Source: Malacoraja senta (Eukaryota). Taken from it: a DNA stretch of 64,000 bases. The stretch covers positions 33,418,001 through 33,482,000 of the forward strand of contig CM075978.1 of assembly GCA_038087875.1 (NCBI GenBank), written 5' to 3'. The translations under genes were made by a program, and so were the position numbers. The notes below the pieces were generated by a model. That model had not been told where the DNA came from and did not search any database. It saw only the letters and a list, made by a program, of their open reading frames with translations. Positions 53,471 to 64,000 of the stretch are shown one piece after another; position 1 is the first letter of the stretch, and the number at the start of each line of letters is the position of its first letter.

Positions 53471-56400
53471 AAACAAGCATATAGTGGAGTATATAGAAAA
53501 ACACCAATATGAGGGGTGTGCACTTTACTTAACACAGTCCTTGTATTTTGGATTCGACCTGCAGATGCAACCTGCGCCTGTACGGTATCCACCGTTTTCC
53601 CCTTCACCGGAGAGTAAATAGAACGGGGTGATACAGCAGGTCTGACCGGTGTTGAGAGTGAGGATGGAGACCTTGGCAGCAGCTGGGGAGGCGAAGTAGC
53701 AGGCAAAGCATCTGGACCGGGGTCAGCAGGCAGTTGTGGGACCATGGGATTGGAACCGTTGGACCGTGGAGGAGACACAGCTGTGTAGTCAGGATAGTGT
53801 CGAGGTGGCACTGGCTCATTGACCGGGCGAAGGTGTTGTTGGGTACATCTGTAGGTGGCATCATCAACACTGACCAGGTAAGAGCGTGGCTCAGGTGTAG
53901 TGCCTTGAATGACGCCCCCAGCCAATCGTAGCCTTTTGGCATTTGCAAGTGGACAACCTGTCCCTTGGTCAGAGACGGAAGCTGTGTGCTTGACTTGTCA
54001 TAGTATTTTTTCTGGGTATCGCGTCGCTGTTGGAGTTTTGCCTGGATCACCGCTGGGGCACGAATTTATGGTTGCAACATCTGTTTCGCTATAGGTAGCG
54101 TAGTGCGAGTCTGCCTTGACATAAGACGCTGGGCAGTGGAACCCAGAATCGGATCACAAGAAATGTTCCGTAAATTGTGTAAGTCGAGATAGACGTCGGA
54201 ACAGGCCCAATGGGACCGTTCCATCACTTGTTTGGTACTTCTCACCGCACGTTCGGCCAAACCATTGGACTGCGGGTACTGGGGGCTGCTGGTGATGTGC
54301 CGAAAATCCCAGCGTTTAGCGAAGTTCTTGAAATGCTGACTGGTGAATTGGCTGCCATTGTCGGAGAGAAGATGAACGGGAGCCCCGTGGACAGAAAAGT
54401 GGCGTGCCAGCTTTTCAACAACCATGGCTGAGGTTGGACTGTGGAGTGGGTCGATCTCGAACCATCCGGAGTACAAGTCGACCAGGACCAGGTACTGATT
54501 GCCATGCCACTCGAAAATGTCAGTTGCAACTGTAGACCATGGCAAGTCAGGTGTGGGGTGCGAGAGAAGGGGCAGTTTGGGTTGGTGCGGCGTTAGGCTG
54601 TTGCACACCGCACAGGACTCGACTTTCTCACGTACAAACTCTGACATTCCAGGCCAGAAGAACATACTCTTTGGCCTCAGAACGGTTGCCTCCACACCGG
54701 GGTGACCCCCTGTGGATGGCATCGTAATACTTGTTTTGCAGAGATGCAGGAACAACTGCCGTGTGTCCTTTCACCACGATGCCATCCTGAAGTACCAGTT
54801 CATCACGAACAGGGTAAAATGGGCGAATCAGGGACAGTAGCCTGTATTGCTTGTCTGGCCATCCGCATCGGATGACCAAGGAGAGTGACTGTAGAGTGTC
54901 GTCTGCAGCTGTTTGTGCTGCCAGATCGTCCAGACACGAGGATGGGAGGTAGGAGACCATCATAACAACTAAACCATCATCGTCCGACAGGTGTTTCTCG
55001 CAGGTGTTGCGCAGAGCCCGTGACAGAGTGTCAGCTAAGTGCATATCCTTTCTGCGTTTGTAAACCAGTCTAATGTCGTACTTTTGTAATACCATCATCA
55101 TACGTTGAAGGCGCACAGGGGTGGCGTGTTCAGAATGCTGACCAGCGGCAGTGACAGGGTTGCCGAAAATAAAGTCATTGAATTTCCTGCAGGCAAAGAC
55201 CACAGCTAGTAGTTCCTTCTCGATCTGTGCGTAGCGCTGTTCTGTGTCAGTCATGGTTCGGGAGGCATATGGAATGGGTCTGTGGCCTCTACCATCGTTC
55301 TGGAGACAGGCTGCTCCCAGTCCATATTGGGAGGCGTCGCAAGTTAAAGTGACAGGTAGCTTTACATCAAAGTAAGCGAGTGTTGGAACGCAGGACATCT
55401 ATTGCTTAAGACGCCCTCTGCTGGTGGCCATGCCAGGACCCGTCTGTGTCATTATGAGCTAGTTGCCTTAGTGGGGCTGAGAGTTTACTGAAGTTTGGGA
55501 AGAACTTTCCCAAGCAGTTTACCATGCCAAGAAACCATTGTAATGCAGTCACGTTCGTGGGCACTGGCAGCTCGTTGATAGCGATGGTTTTCGAGGGGTC
55601 TGGTTTGAGACTGTCACTGGTGAATACATGACCCACATAGTTCACTTCGTTGACCCGGAACCTGCATTTTTTGGGGTTAAACTTGAGGTTGATTGCTCTG
55701 GCACGGTCCAGAACCAGCTTTAAGTTTGCATCGTGCTATCATTGTAGGCGACTAGGATGTCATCTACTATGATAGCACATGGGTATCCAGCAAATAACTG
55801 CTCCATAGTGCGTTGGAAGATCTCACTAGCCGAGTTTATTCCAAATGGCATGCGTAAAAATCTGTAGCGTCCAAAAGGTGTGCCGAACGTGGTCAACATG
55901 GAGGATTCATGGTCTAGTGGAATCTGTCAGAATGAGTTCTTTGCGTCCAGGACTGAGAATACTGTTGCTTTTCCCAGGTTAGCTGCAACTTCTTCCACCG
56001 TGTACATCGGGTGGTGTGGGCGTTTTAATGGCAGTGTTTAAATCCTTGGGATTGAAGCTAATTTGTATATCATCTTTGTTTTTCTAGGTTGCTGCAACCA
56101 TGGTCGAGACCCAGGCAGATAGATCATTGATGGATCAATCACACCAACAGTTTCCATCCTATAAGTTCGTTTTGAACGTGGTCTCGCATAGCATGCGGGA
56201 CCCAGTGAGGGGCGCGGACAACTGCCGTGACGTCTGGGTCAGTTACAATGATGTACTTGTGGGGAAGTTTGCCAAGTTTGTTATCAAAGACGTCTTTGTA
56301 CTGTGAGAGGAAATGTTCAGCAGGACCCTGGCTGGGGCTGAGCTGGTGTAGTTTTGCCGAAGATGACCAGACCCAGGTCATGGCATGCATCAATGCCCAG

Positions 56401-57678
56401 CCGAGGGGTCACGTTTCCACGGACAATGAAAAAATCCAGGTTGTAAACACGTGAAGCCAGATGGCATTGCAGTTCCACTCTTCCGACGGGGTGGACCTCT
56501 CCTCCAAATGGGAGTAATTTGGCACTTGTTTTTCTAACAACTTCGGATTTTAGAACTCTCTTGAAATCCGATAAGGACAAAACATTACAACGAGCCCCGG
56601 TGTCGATTTTTGCAATAATCCTGGCATTGTGGATCTGAAGCATTGTTATGGGATCCTTGTGTTTGCATGACGGATCTGACAAGGAAGTATGTTGAGGCTG
56701 CCAGCCTGGTGCTCAAGCAATTCTGGTTCTGCAGGTGCGGGATCGTGCTCTAGGGCCTCATGGGAAAGTGTAGGCTGAAGAACGTGGAGAGGTTTTGTCT
56801 CGACTTTGTTCCCACGAGAGCGGCAGCAATGAATAAAGTGTTTTTTTCTTTTACAATAAATGGCAACTTTTCCTGAATGCGGGGCACATTTCACAGATCC
56901 CTGTATGTGAGCCACCACAATTGGTGCCGTTATTAATGATTTTGGCGGTAGCTTTCCTTGGTGCAGCCGGTGGCTGGTGCAGAAATCTGTAGAACGCATT
57001 GACACTGTATGCGGAGTGGGGTCCGGGTCCTAGAGACTTGGTATGGGTGTCGGTTAGCTCAGCAACCCGACAGGCACGCTCGGCTTTAACTAGAATGAGT
57101 TCCTCGCCCCGGAGTAACTCATCTCTCACCTTGTCATTCAGGATGGCGTACACGATGAGGTTGAATCTGCGACGGAGGAGGTTGTCGCGTAGATCACTGA
57201 ATTGGCATCTGCCAGCGATGTTCTTCAGGGCACTGATGCAGGATTCGACTGGTTCGCCTTCCTTCTAGTTACGTTAAAAAAATCTGTGGTGCTCCATGAC
57301 CAAGTTAATTCACAGGTGGCATAGCTGTCGGAACTTTCTAAGGAGGCACACTGGGTCCGGATAGATTCCGCAGGGGTCACAATGTTACCCGCAACATCAA
57401 GCTCTGCTGGTGCGTAGTTGAAATCCTGTGCCCGTAGTGTGGCTTCTGTGCCCGCCACGTTGAGGAGAATGGAAGCTTGTACATCAGCGGATGCATCACG
57501 GTGTGCGGCGTGGATGAACACTCCATATTCTACTTCACAGCTGCGCCAACATTCAGCAAGGTCACCATCAAACACTAGCAGGTCAGGTTTACGAAAGGCT
57601 CCACCCATAGGAAGAAGACGGTACAAAAAAACATACCAAAATAAATTCAGGCAAATGAAATGGAGAAGTGGTGCAAAT

Positions 57679-57690
57679 CTTCTGACACCA
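57679..57690 (-). other. Primer binding site, tRNA-Leu(CAA)-like
   Basis: TGGTGTCAGAAG immediately after the LTR-terminal CA; complementary to the ...CTTCTGACACCA tRNA 3' end. Confidence 0.75.
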
Positions 57691-57855
57691 TGTTTTGTAA
57701 TCAAACCATTACAAAGTATTAGGTGAACCACAACGCATTTATTAAAATCTATGCAGAGAGAATAATACATACTGCTGCACTCGTTCCATCATCTTACAGA
57801 CTGCCGAGCTCAGGGACGAGCAGGTTGTTATCAGTAACTGCATTCCTTACTCAAA

Positions 57856-59040
57856 TCCACTCCGCTCTGGACCACTTGGACAACAAAAACTCATATGTCA
57901 GGCTATTATTCATCGATTACAGCTCGGCATTTAATACAATCATCCCCTCCAAGCTGGTTACCAAACTCGCAGAACTGGGTCTCTGCGCATCCCTCTGCAA
58001 TTGGATCCTCGACTTCCTCACTCTCAGACCACAGTCTGTTCGTATTGGTGGAAATGTGTCAGACTCGATAACAATCAGCACGGGAGCACCTCAAGGCTGC
58101 GTGCTCAGCCCCCTGCTGTACTCACTCTATACTCATGACTGCGTAGCCGGACATAGTGCGAACTCCATCATCAAGTTCACTGACGACACCACTGTTGTGG
58201 GACGTATCACTGATGGGGATGAGTCAGAGTATAGAAGCGAGATCGAGCAACTGTCCATATGGTGCCAGCACAATAACCTGGCCCTCAACACCAGCAAAAC
58301 CAAGGAACTGATTGTGGACTTTGGAAGGAGTAGGATGGGGACCCACAGTCCCGTTTATATCAACGGATCGATGGTTGAAAGGGTCAAGAGCTTCAAATTC
58401 CTGGTCGTGCACATCTCTGAAGATCTTTCCTGGTCCGAGAACACTGATGCCATTATTAAGAAAGCACATCAGCGCCTCAACTTCCTGAGAAGATTACGGA
58501 GAGTCGGTTTGTCAAGGACTCTCTCTAACTTCTACAGGTGCACAGTAGAGAGCATGCTGACCGGTTGCATCGTGGCTTGGTTCGGCAACTTGAGCGCCCT
58601 GGAGAGGAAAAGACTACAAAAAGTAGTAAACACTGCCCAGTCCATCATTGGCTCTGACCTCCCTTCCATCGAGGGGATCTATCACAGTCGCTGCCTCAAA
58701 AAGGCTGGCAGTATCATCAAGGACCCACACCATCCTGGCCACACACCCATCTCCCTACTACCTTCAGGTAGAAGGTACAGGAGCCTGAAGACTGCAATGA
58801 CCAGGTTCAGGAATAGCTACTTCCCCACAGCCATCAGGCTATTAAACCTGGCTCGGACAAAACACTGAACTTTATTAGCCAATTAACTGTTATTTGCACT
58901 TTATCAGTATATTGATTCATGTGTGTATATGTTTATAGAATGCCTTGTAGTCAATGCCTACTATGTTCTGTTGTGCTGAAGCAAAGCAAGAATTTCATTG
59001 TCCTATCAGGGACACATGACAATAAACTCACTTGACTTGA
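57856..59040 (+). mobile_element. 5'-truncated Rex1/Babar LINE with an open RT C-terminal frame, inserted in the Gypsy LTR
   Basis: [52 protein letters not shown]; stop at 58868; AATAAA + (ACTTG)n tail. Confidence 0.93.
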
Positions 59041-60429
59041 AATCCCGGACTGGATTACATGGTGGAATGTGTATCATGCACAATATATGTGAAGGTTATA
59101 TTGATAGAGATTAATATGGTTGATCTACAGTGACCCACTGTTATTATTTAGCATTATTTAACATTAGAATCTGCAATTAGGTTTAGTTATCACATGTACT
59201 AAGGTATAGTGAAAAGCTTTGTTTTGCATGCTAACCGAACAGATCAGATATGCCATACATAGATACAAATAGCCCCGACCAATGAAGGTAAGCATACCAT
59301 ATGCCTATCTACTTGTGTTCCACTTTCAAGGAGTTATAAACTTGGACCCCATCAGTACATCAATGCTGTTAAGGGTCTTACCATTAATTGTCTACTTTCC
59401 CCTGACATTTGACCTCCTAAAGCAGGACTCTCGCTTAACTTTTTTTCCCTGTTGCCAGCCGGACAACCTTGGCAGCTTTTTAGGTTGCCAAATGACAGTT
59501 TAGGTGGTCATTTAAGATGGCTTGCATGACGCATGCAATAATGTGCTCGGACGAAGTGCGTAGTTACCAGTCGGAATTATACTCAATGAAACATTCACAT
59601 ATTATTTCTGCTTCAAATAAAGTCACAAACTAAACATATTCACCAATCAAGACATGATATATCCCACAATGACATGCAGCAAAATTATAAGACAGTATCT
59701 CAACTCTTTTTACACGTTGCAATGAATGCAATTTCTATTAGTTCTTTCCACTTCCAAACAACAATGTGGTTGGATTATTCAGCGTATGATCAACCTGTGT
59801 CAATAAATCCTGGACCATGGTAACATATATGCTTACGTATAGTTGTGAATGTTGCTCATTAAATAACTACAGTACTGTTACTCCATATTAAGAGCATTGA
59901 TTTGCCGTTAAAATGAATTCTGTAATAACGTGTCAACGGCAGCAGTGACAATCGAATACTGCGGTTTTAATGTTTCACGTGTTCACATTTAATTAATCCA
60001 TCTTTATGTATTAAAACAAATAATAACATTGGGAATTAAAACACATTTGATTGCATTCCGTTATCAAACATAGTCAAAGTTCGCTCTGAAGACATTTCCA
60101 GCACAATAGGATCAGGGAGGGGTGTGTGTGTGAATCAGTGCGGGGTGGATAGATGGCGGGGGTGGGGGTGGGGGTGGTTAGAAGGCAGTCGGTGCAGAAT
60201 GGATGGATTGAGGCAGGTGAATTAGTACGTGTTGGTTGGAGTACATAAAATTGTGAGGGAGAGCACAGGGGATGTTAGTGGTGTTGAATGGGGGGGGTTC
60301 AGTTCGGGATGGATGGGGGTAGACAAAAGTGCTGGAGAAACTCAGCGGGTGAGGCAGCATTTATGGAGCAAAGGAAATAGGCAACCTTTCGGGTCGAGAC
60401 CCTTCTTCAGACTGTTCCCCCCCATTCTT

Positions 60430-60900
60430 GAATGGGAGGATCAGTACAGGATGGATGGGGGGGGGGAGATCAGCGCAGGATGAATGGGGGGGGGGGTCAG
60501 TACAGTGTGGATCGGAGGGTCTGTGCAGGATGAATGGGGGATCACTACAGGATGAATGAGGGGAAGGGGGGAAGGTGCAGGGTAAATGGAGGGTGGGTCA
60601 GTATGGGATGAATGCTTGGATTAGTACAGGATGGATGGGGGATCAGTACAGGATGGATGGAGAAGTGGAGGATGGATGGGAAAGGGGTAAGTACAGGGTG
60701 AATTGGGGAACCAGTGTAGGATGGATGGGGGGGGGGTTGGCAGGAGAATCAGTGCGAGGTGGATAGGGTGATCAGTGCAGGATGAATAGATGGGGGGGGG
60801 TAGATGGGGAGGGGAGCACAGGGGATGTCAGTGAGGACTGAATAGAGGCGGGAATGGGGATCAGTGCGGGATGGAGTGGAGGGGGTCCCAGGATAAGGGG
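60430..60900. repeat. G-rich minisatellite (ggatcagtacaggatggatgggg)n
   Basis: About 15 degenerate copies inside the 59423-61711 element. Confidence 0.8.
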
Positions 60901-61075
60901 GTGGAGGGGGCGTACAAGAGAGAGAGAGAGAGGAGAGGGGGGGCGAGGTGGGGAGGAAGGAAGGTCAGCGCTCCTCGGACAACATTGCCCCGCTGCCTTG
61001 GCCGTTGGGAACTCCTCGCCACCGCCTCCCTCCTCCGCCAGCCAACAGCAAGGTGCGGGGCCGGGCGGTGCAGCT

Positions 61076-61103
61076 CAGAGATCCTATAGCTATAAGATCT
61101 TTG
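61076..61103. mobile_element. 28-bp TIR-only micro-MITE
   Basis: CAGAGATCCTATAG|CTATAAGATCTTTG palindrome (2 mismatches) flanked by perfect 8-bp direct repeats GTGCAGCT. Confidence 0.75.
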
Positions 61104-61122
61104 GTGCAGCTGCTTCAGACGA

Positions 61123-61466
61123 GTCGGAGCGAATGACGGGCTTCGCACAGCGGCAGCAGCGGCCGCGACAGTGGCTCCATCTCCGCCTCCTCTCGCACCC
61201 CGCCCCCCCGCCCTGATAAGGGCCTCTGCTTGCAAACCCGCTAACAGCGATAACCGCTTTCAAAACAAACCCTCCCGCACGCCGAGGCCTCCCCCTCCCT
61301 CCCTCCCTCCCGGCCTCGGCGTGCGGGAGGGAGGGTTTGTTTCGAAAGCGGTTTTCGCCGTTAGCGGGTTTACAAGCAGAGGCCCTTATCAGGGCGGGCG
61401 GGGTGCGGGAGGAGGAGATGGAGCCGCTATTGCGGCCGCTGTGCGAAGCCCGTCATTCGCTCCGAC
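61123..61466. repeat. 344-bp GC-rich inverted repeat (about 160-bp arms, (CCCT)n loop)
   Basis: gtcggagcgaatgacgggcttcgcacagcggc...gccgaggcc / ggcctcggc...gccgctgtgcgaagcccgtcattcgctccgac. Confidence 0.92.
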
Positions 61467-63309
61467 CCTTCCTCACCCCGCACCTAGTATCTTTGCCCCG
61501 CAATACAGCCGTCACCGCCGACACAAAACATCGCGTTCCTTTTCTCCAGAGATGCTGCCTGACCCGCGGAGTTACTCCAGTTTTTTGTGTCTATCTTCGG
61601 TACAAACCAGTATCTGGTTGCCAAGCCGGGCAAAATGACTCGGTGTTTAGGTTGCCCGGCGGCGCTTTGAGTGGTCAATGGCACCCGGGCAACCTCTAAT
61701 TTCGAGCCCTGTAAAGTGAAACGCATCACACTTGTTCAAATTTAACCCCATCTGCCATTTCTCTGTCCATTTCTGTAGTTGATCTATATCCCGCTGTAAC
61801 ATTTGACAGCCTTCCTCACTGTCCTCAACTCCACCAATCTTGCTGTCGCCTGCAAACTTACTAACCGTCTACATTTATGTCCAAGTCGTTAATACAAACA
61901 ACAGAGGTTTCAACATAGGTCCCTCCGGAAATAATAGAATTAGAAATATTTTTGAGGAGTTCAAAAGGAAATATTGAAGTCTGAGAGGAAGAGTGTGTGA
62001 TGGTATAGAAAAGGGGAAAAGTCAGAAGCAGGGCAATGTTGAGGTTAGAGGAGCAGCAGTAGAGAGGGGGAAGGAGAGTGGGTGAATGTGGAAGGAAGAG
62101 GGCATGCCTTGTAGAGGGAGAATGGGAGCAGATGGAGAGCGGAGGAATGGGAAGCACGGCAAGGATGTACATGGTATAAAGGGTGAATGAGGGAGGAAAG
62201 AAATGGAGAGGGGTTTTCGAGAGCAGGAATTTGGGGGGGGGGGGTTAACAGTGGGCTAAAGGAAGAGAGAAAGTAAGGACATTGGATGGAAGTATTGTTC
62301 AATCAGTCACAGTAATTCAAACTGTGCCTAAGTCAGGACTCTGTGTACCTTTACAATAGGTACAATTCGTTGCAGTAAATGTAATATAGTTTGTTGTCAG
62401 AATTGCATTGTGGTATAAGGTATAAAATGTTGTTCAGCAATATCATATAAGCAGCAGGTAGGTTTAGATACGAGGGTTTTGCTCCTCCTCTTGCCTATTA
62501 GCAATTGTGACACAAAATGATGATTTTTTTTATTGTAACGAGCCTTTCCAAGTTATCATTAATTTGCTGCTAGCTCTGTTAATGGGAGTGTAGAAATAGA
62601 GCAGTAGGGAAACCAGTTCTTTATTTGCTGTATAACGAACCTCGAAACAAAAATAACTTTGTCCCTCTGGAAAGAGTAATGATAAGCTGTACATATTATC
62701 TACAAAAATAATAAGCAGGTAGTTGCTACCAATCCATACAAATGATCGATGGGCAAAAGAATGGCCATCAAACGGACATAAAATGACCATGGTAAGTTTT
62801 GATGAGATGTGTAGTATACAGATGGGAGGAGATTAAAATTATTTTTGCAAAGCCAGCAGCACCACCAAATACTGAGGGTCCCTGATCATTGACCTCTTTT
62901 GCCAGTGGCTCCGGTCAGTTTAAGTCATCCAACCTCGCACTGGTCCAGGAAACATGCGGGACAATCCCGGTGGTGCAATCCTGAGACCCAGCCATCAAGA
63001 TGGCAGATTAACAGCCCTGATGGTTAGCAGTCAAATTATTAACATTTTCCCCTCTTAAAATACAACTGAACCAAAGTGCAACGCTGCATCAATAGCACAT
63101 ACAATGATAACCTTTGACATCACATCACATGCAGTTTTCAGTCAAGTGGAGGAGAAAAATATTTAGATAGTTCTATAGGCCTGTTGTACTCCATCCTTTG
63201 ATCGCTGCAAAACTTTCAATTGCTCAGTAAAGATAGGTGGTGTAATTGCAAGATAACTGCAAGAGAAATAGCTTTGGGATTGCGCTTGCAGGAACATTGA
63301 GCATAGATC

Positions 63310-63725
63310 GGTGGTCACAGTGGCACAGCGGTAGAGTTGCTGCCTTACAGAGAATGCAGCGCCGGAGACCCGAGTTCAATCCCGACTGCGGGTGCTGTCT
63401 GTACGGAGTTTGTACTTTGTCCCCGTGACCTGAGTGGGTTTTCTCTGATCTTCGGTTTCCTCCCAACTCCAAAGACGTACAGGTTTGTAGGTTAATTGGC
63501 TTGGTAAATGTAAAAATTGTCCCTAGTGGGTGTTGGATAGTGTTCTTCTTCTCTTGATTATGGCGTACACAGCCTAAATTGTAGGACAACTTGTTCTATT
63601 TGATCTTATTTGATTGTGCACGCCAGGTTGATTGCATTCGTTGAAACAGGGCGGACCACGTGAAGGTAGTGTTAATGTACCAGGATCGCTAATGGGCCTG
63701 TATCCGCACTGTATCTCTAACTAAA
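63310..63725 (+). mobile_element. HE1-type V-SINE interrupted by a 122-bp insertion
   Basis: A/B boxes, V-domain, ctaactaaa tail. Confidence 0.85.
63545..63666 (-). mobile_element. 3' end of a LINE/SINE with an (AAG)n tail
   Basis: 7-bp TSD TAGTGTT (63538-63544, 63667-63673); minus strand ends tacgccataatcaagagaagaag. Confidence 0.7.
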
Positions 63726-63779
63726 TCACCACTACCACTGGCAGCAAATTCTAGGCTCTGTGTAAAGGAGAGAGGCATT

Positions 63780-64000
63780 AGAGGAAATCGCAGAAGTCTT
63801 GACAAAGATCTTTGTGTCTTTTCTTGCCAGGGGTGAGGGGACTGGAGAGTAGCTATTGCTGTTCCTTTATTTAAGAAGAGAAGGAGAAAGAATCCAGGGA
63901 ATTATAGGCAGGTGAGCCTCATAACAGTCGTTGGGAAATTATTGGAGAGGATTATTCAGGACAGTATTTACTCCCATTTGAAAGAGAATGGGTTACTTAG
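63780..64000 (+). mobile_element. CR1 RT fragment running off the window end
   Basis: DWRVAIAVPLFKK..NPGNYRQVSL.TVVGKLLERI. Confidence 0.85.

Larger units (their letters stand above)
53471..59059 (-). mobile_element. Gypsy (Ty3) LTR retrotransposon, decayed; 5' LTR split by a LINE, 3' LTR missing
   Basis: LTR TGTAATCC(59059)...AAAACA(57691) with AATAAA; PBS TGGTGTCAGAAG; gag ATG at 57608 with Zn knuckles; protease IDTGA; RT LDAKNSF/IVDDIL; RNase H CDASQYGLGA; integrase H..C..C, SDNGSQF, NGLAER; order PR-RT-RH-IN. Confidence 0.92.
59423..61711. mobile_element. Non-autonomous DNA transposon with CAGG termini and a 5-bp TSD, inserted in a minus-strand CR1 fragment
   Basis: caggactctcgcttaa ... 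ctaatttcgagccctg; TAAAG on both sides; GTTGCC/GGCAAC subterminal repeats at both ends; flanks rejoin as CR1 (gacctcctaaagtgaaac). Confidence 0.75.

Noticed and set aside
57723-58868. 381-aa intact RT gene
   Set aside because: The N-terminus is read-through of antisense LTR; the LINE is 5'-truncated and lacks the endonuclease and first RT motifs.
60854-61729. Overlapping ORFs / CpG-island promoter of a host gene
   Set aside because: Entirely inside the TSD-bounded 59423-61711 element; the ORFs on both strands result from the palindrome.
62400-63300. Possible conserved non-coding element in unique sequence
   Set aside because: Cannot be supported without cross-species alignment.

Overview
Repeat-dense vertebrate genomic DNA. 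The HE1/V-type tRNA SINEs plus abundant CR1, Rex1/Babar and Penelope elements point to an elasmobranch, probably a skate or ray (inference). One host gene is clear: the 3' four coding exons of the HIF prolyl-hydroxylase EGLN3/PHD3 on the + strand (34668-34787, 38778-38914, 42061-42134, 42226-42263), with intact HxD..H/R catalytic residues. Its first coding exon was not found in the window, so much of 1-34667 is probably intron 1. A second, unidentified spliced ORF end lies at 13849-13901 + 14923-14971. Nearly all long ORFs in the six-frame track are decayed transposable elements: nested CR1 LINEs, Rex1/Babar LINEs, Penelope RT and GIY-YIG remnants, two IR/DR Tc1 elements, Harbinger MITEs, a Helitron-like element, a Gypsy LTR retrotransposon, a solo LTR and CAGG-ended DNA elements. 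The most unusual signals are (i) a family of short Penelope-derived mobile units carrying a minimal hammerhead-ribozyme consensus, each with its own 10-21 bp target-site duplication; (ii) a 28-bp TIR-only micro-transposon with a perfect 8-bp TSD; (iii) a 344-bp GC-rich palindrome inside a DNA element with a 5-bp TSD; and (iv) a recent 553-bp microhomology-mediated tandem duplication.
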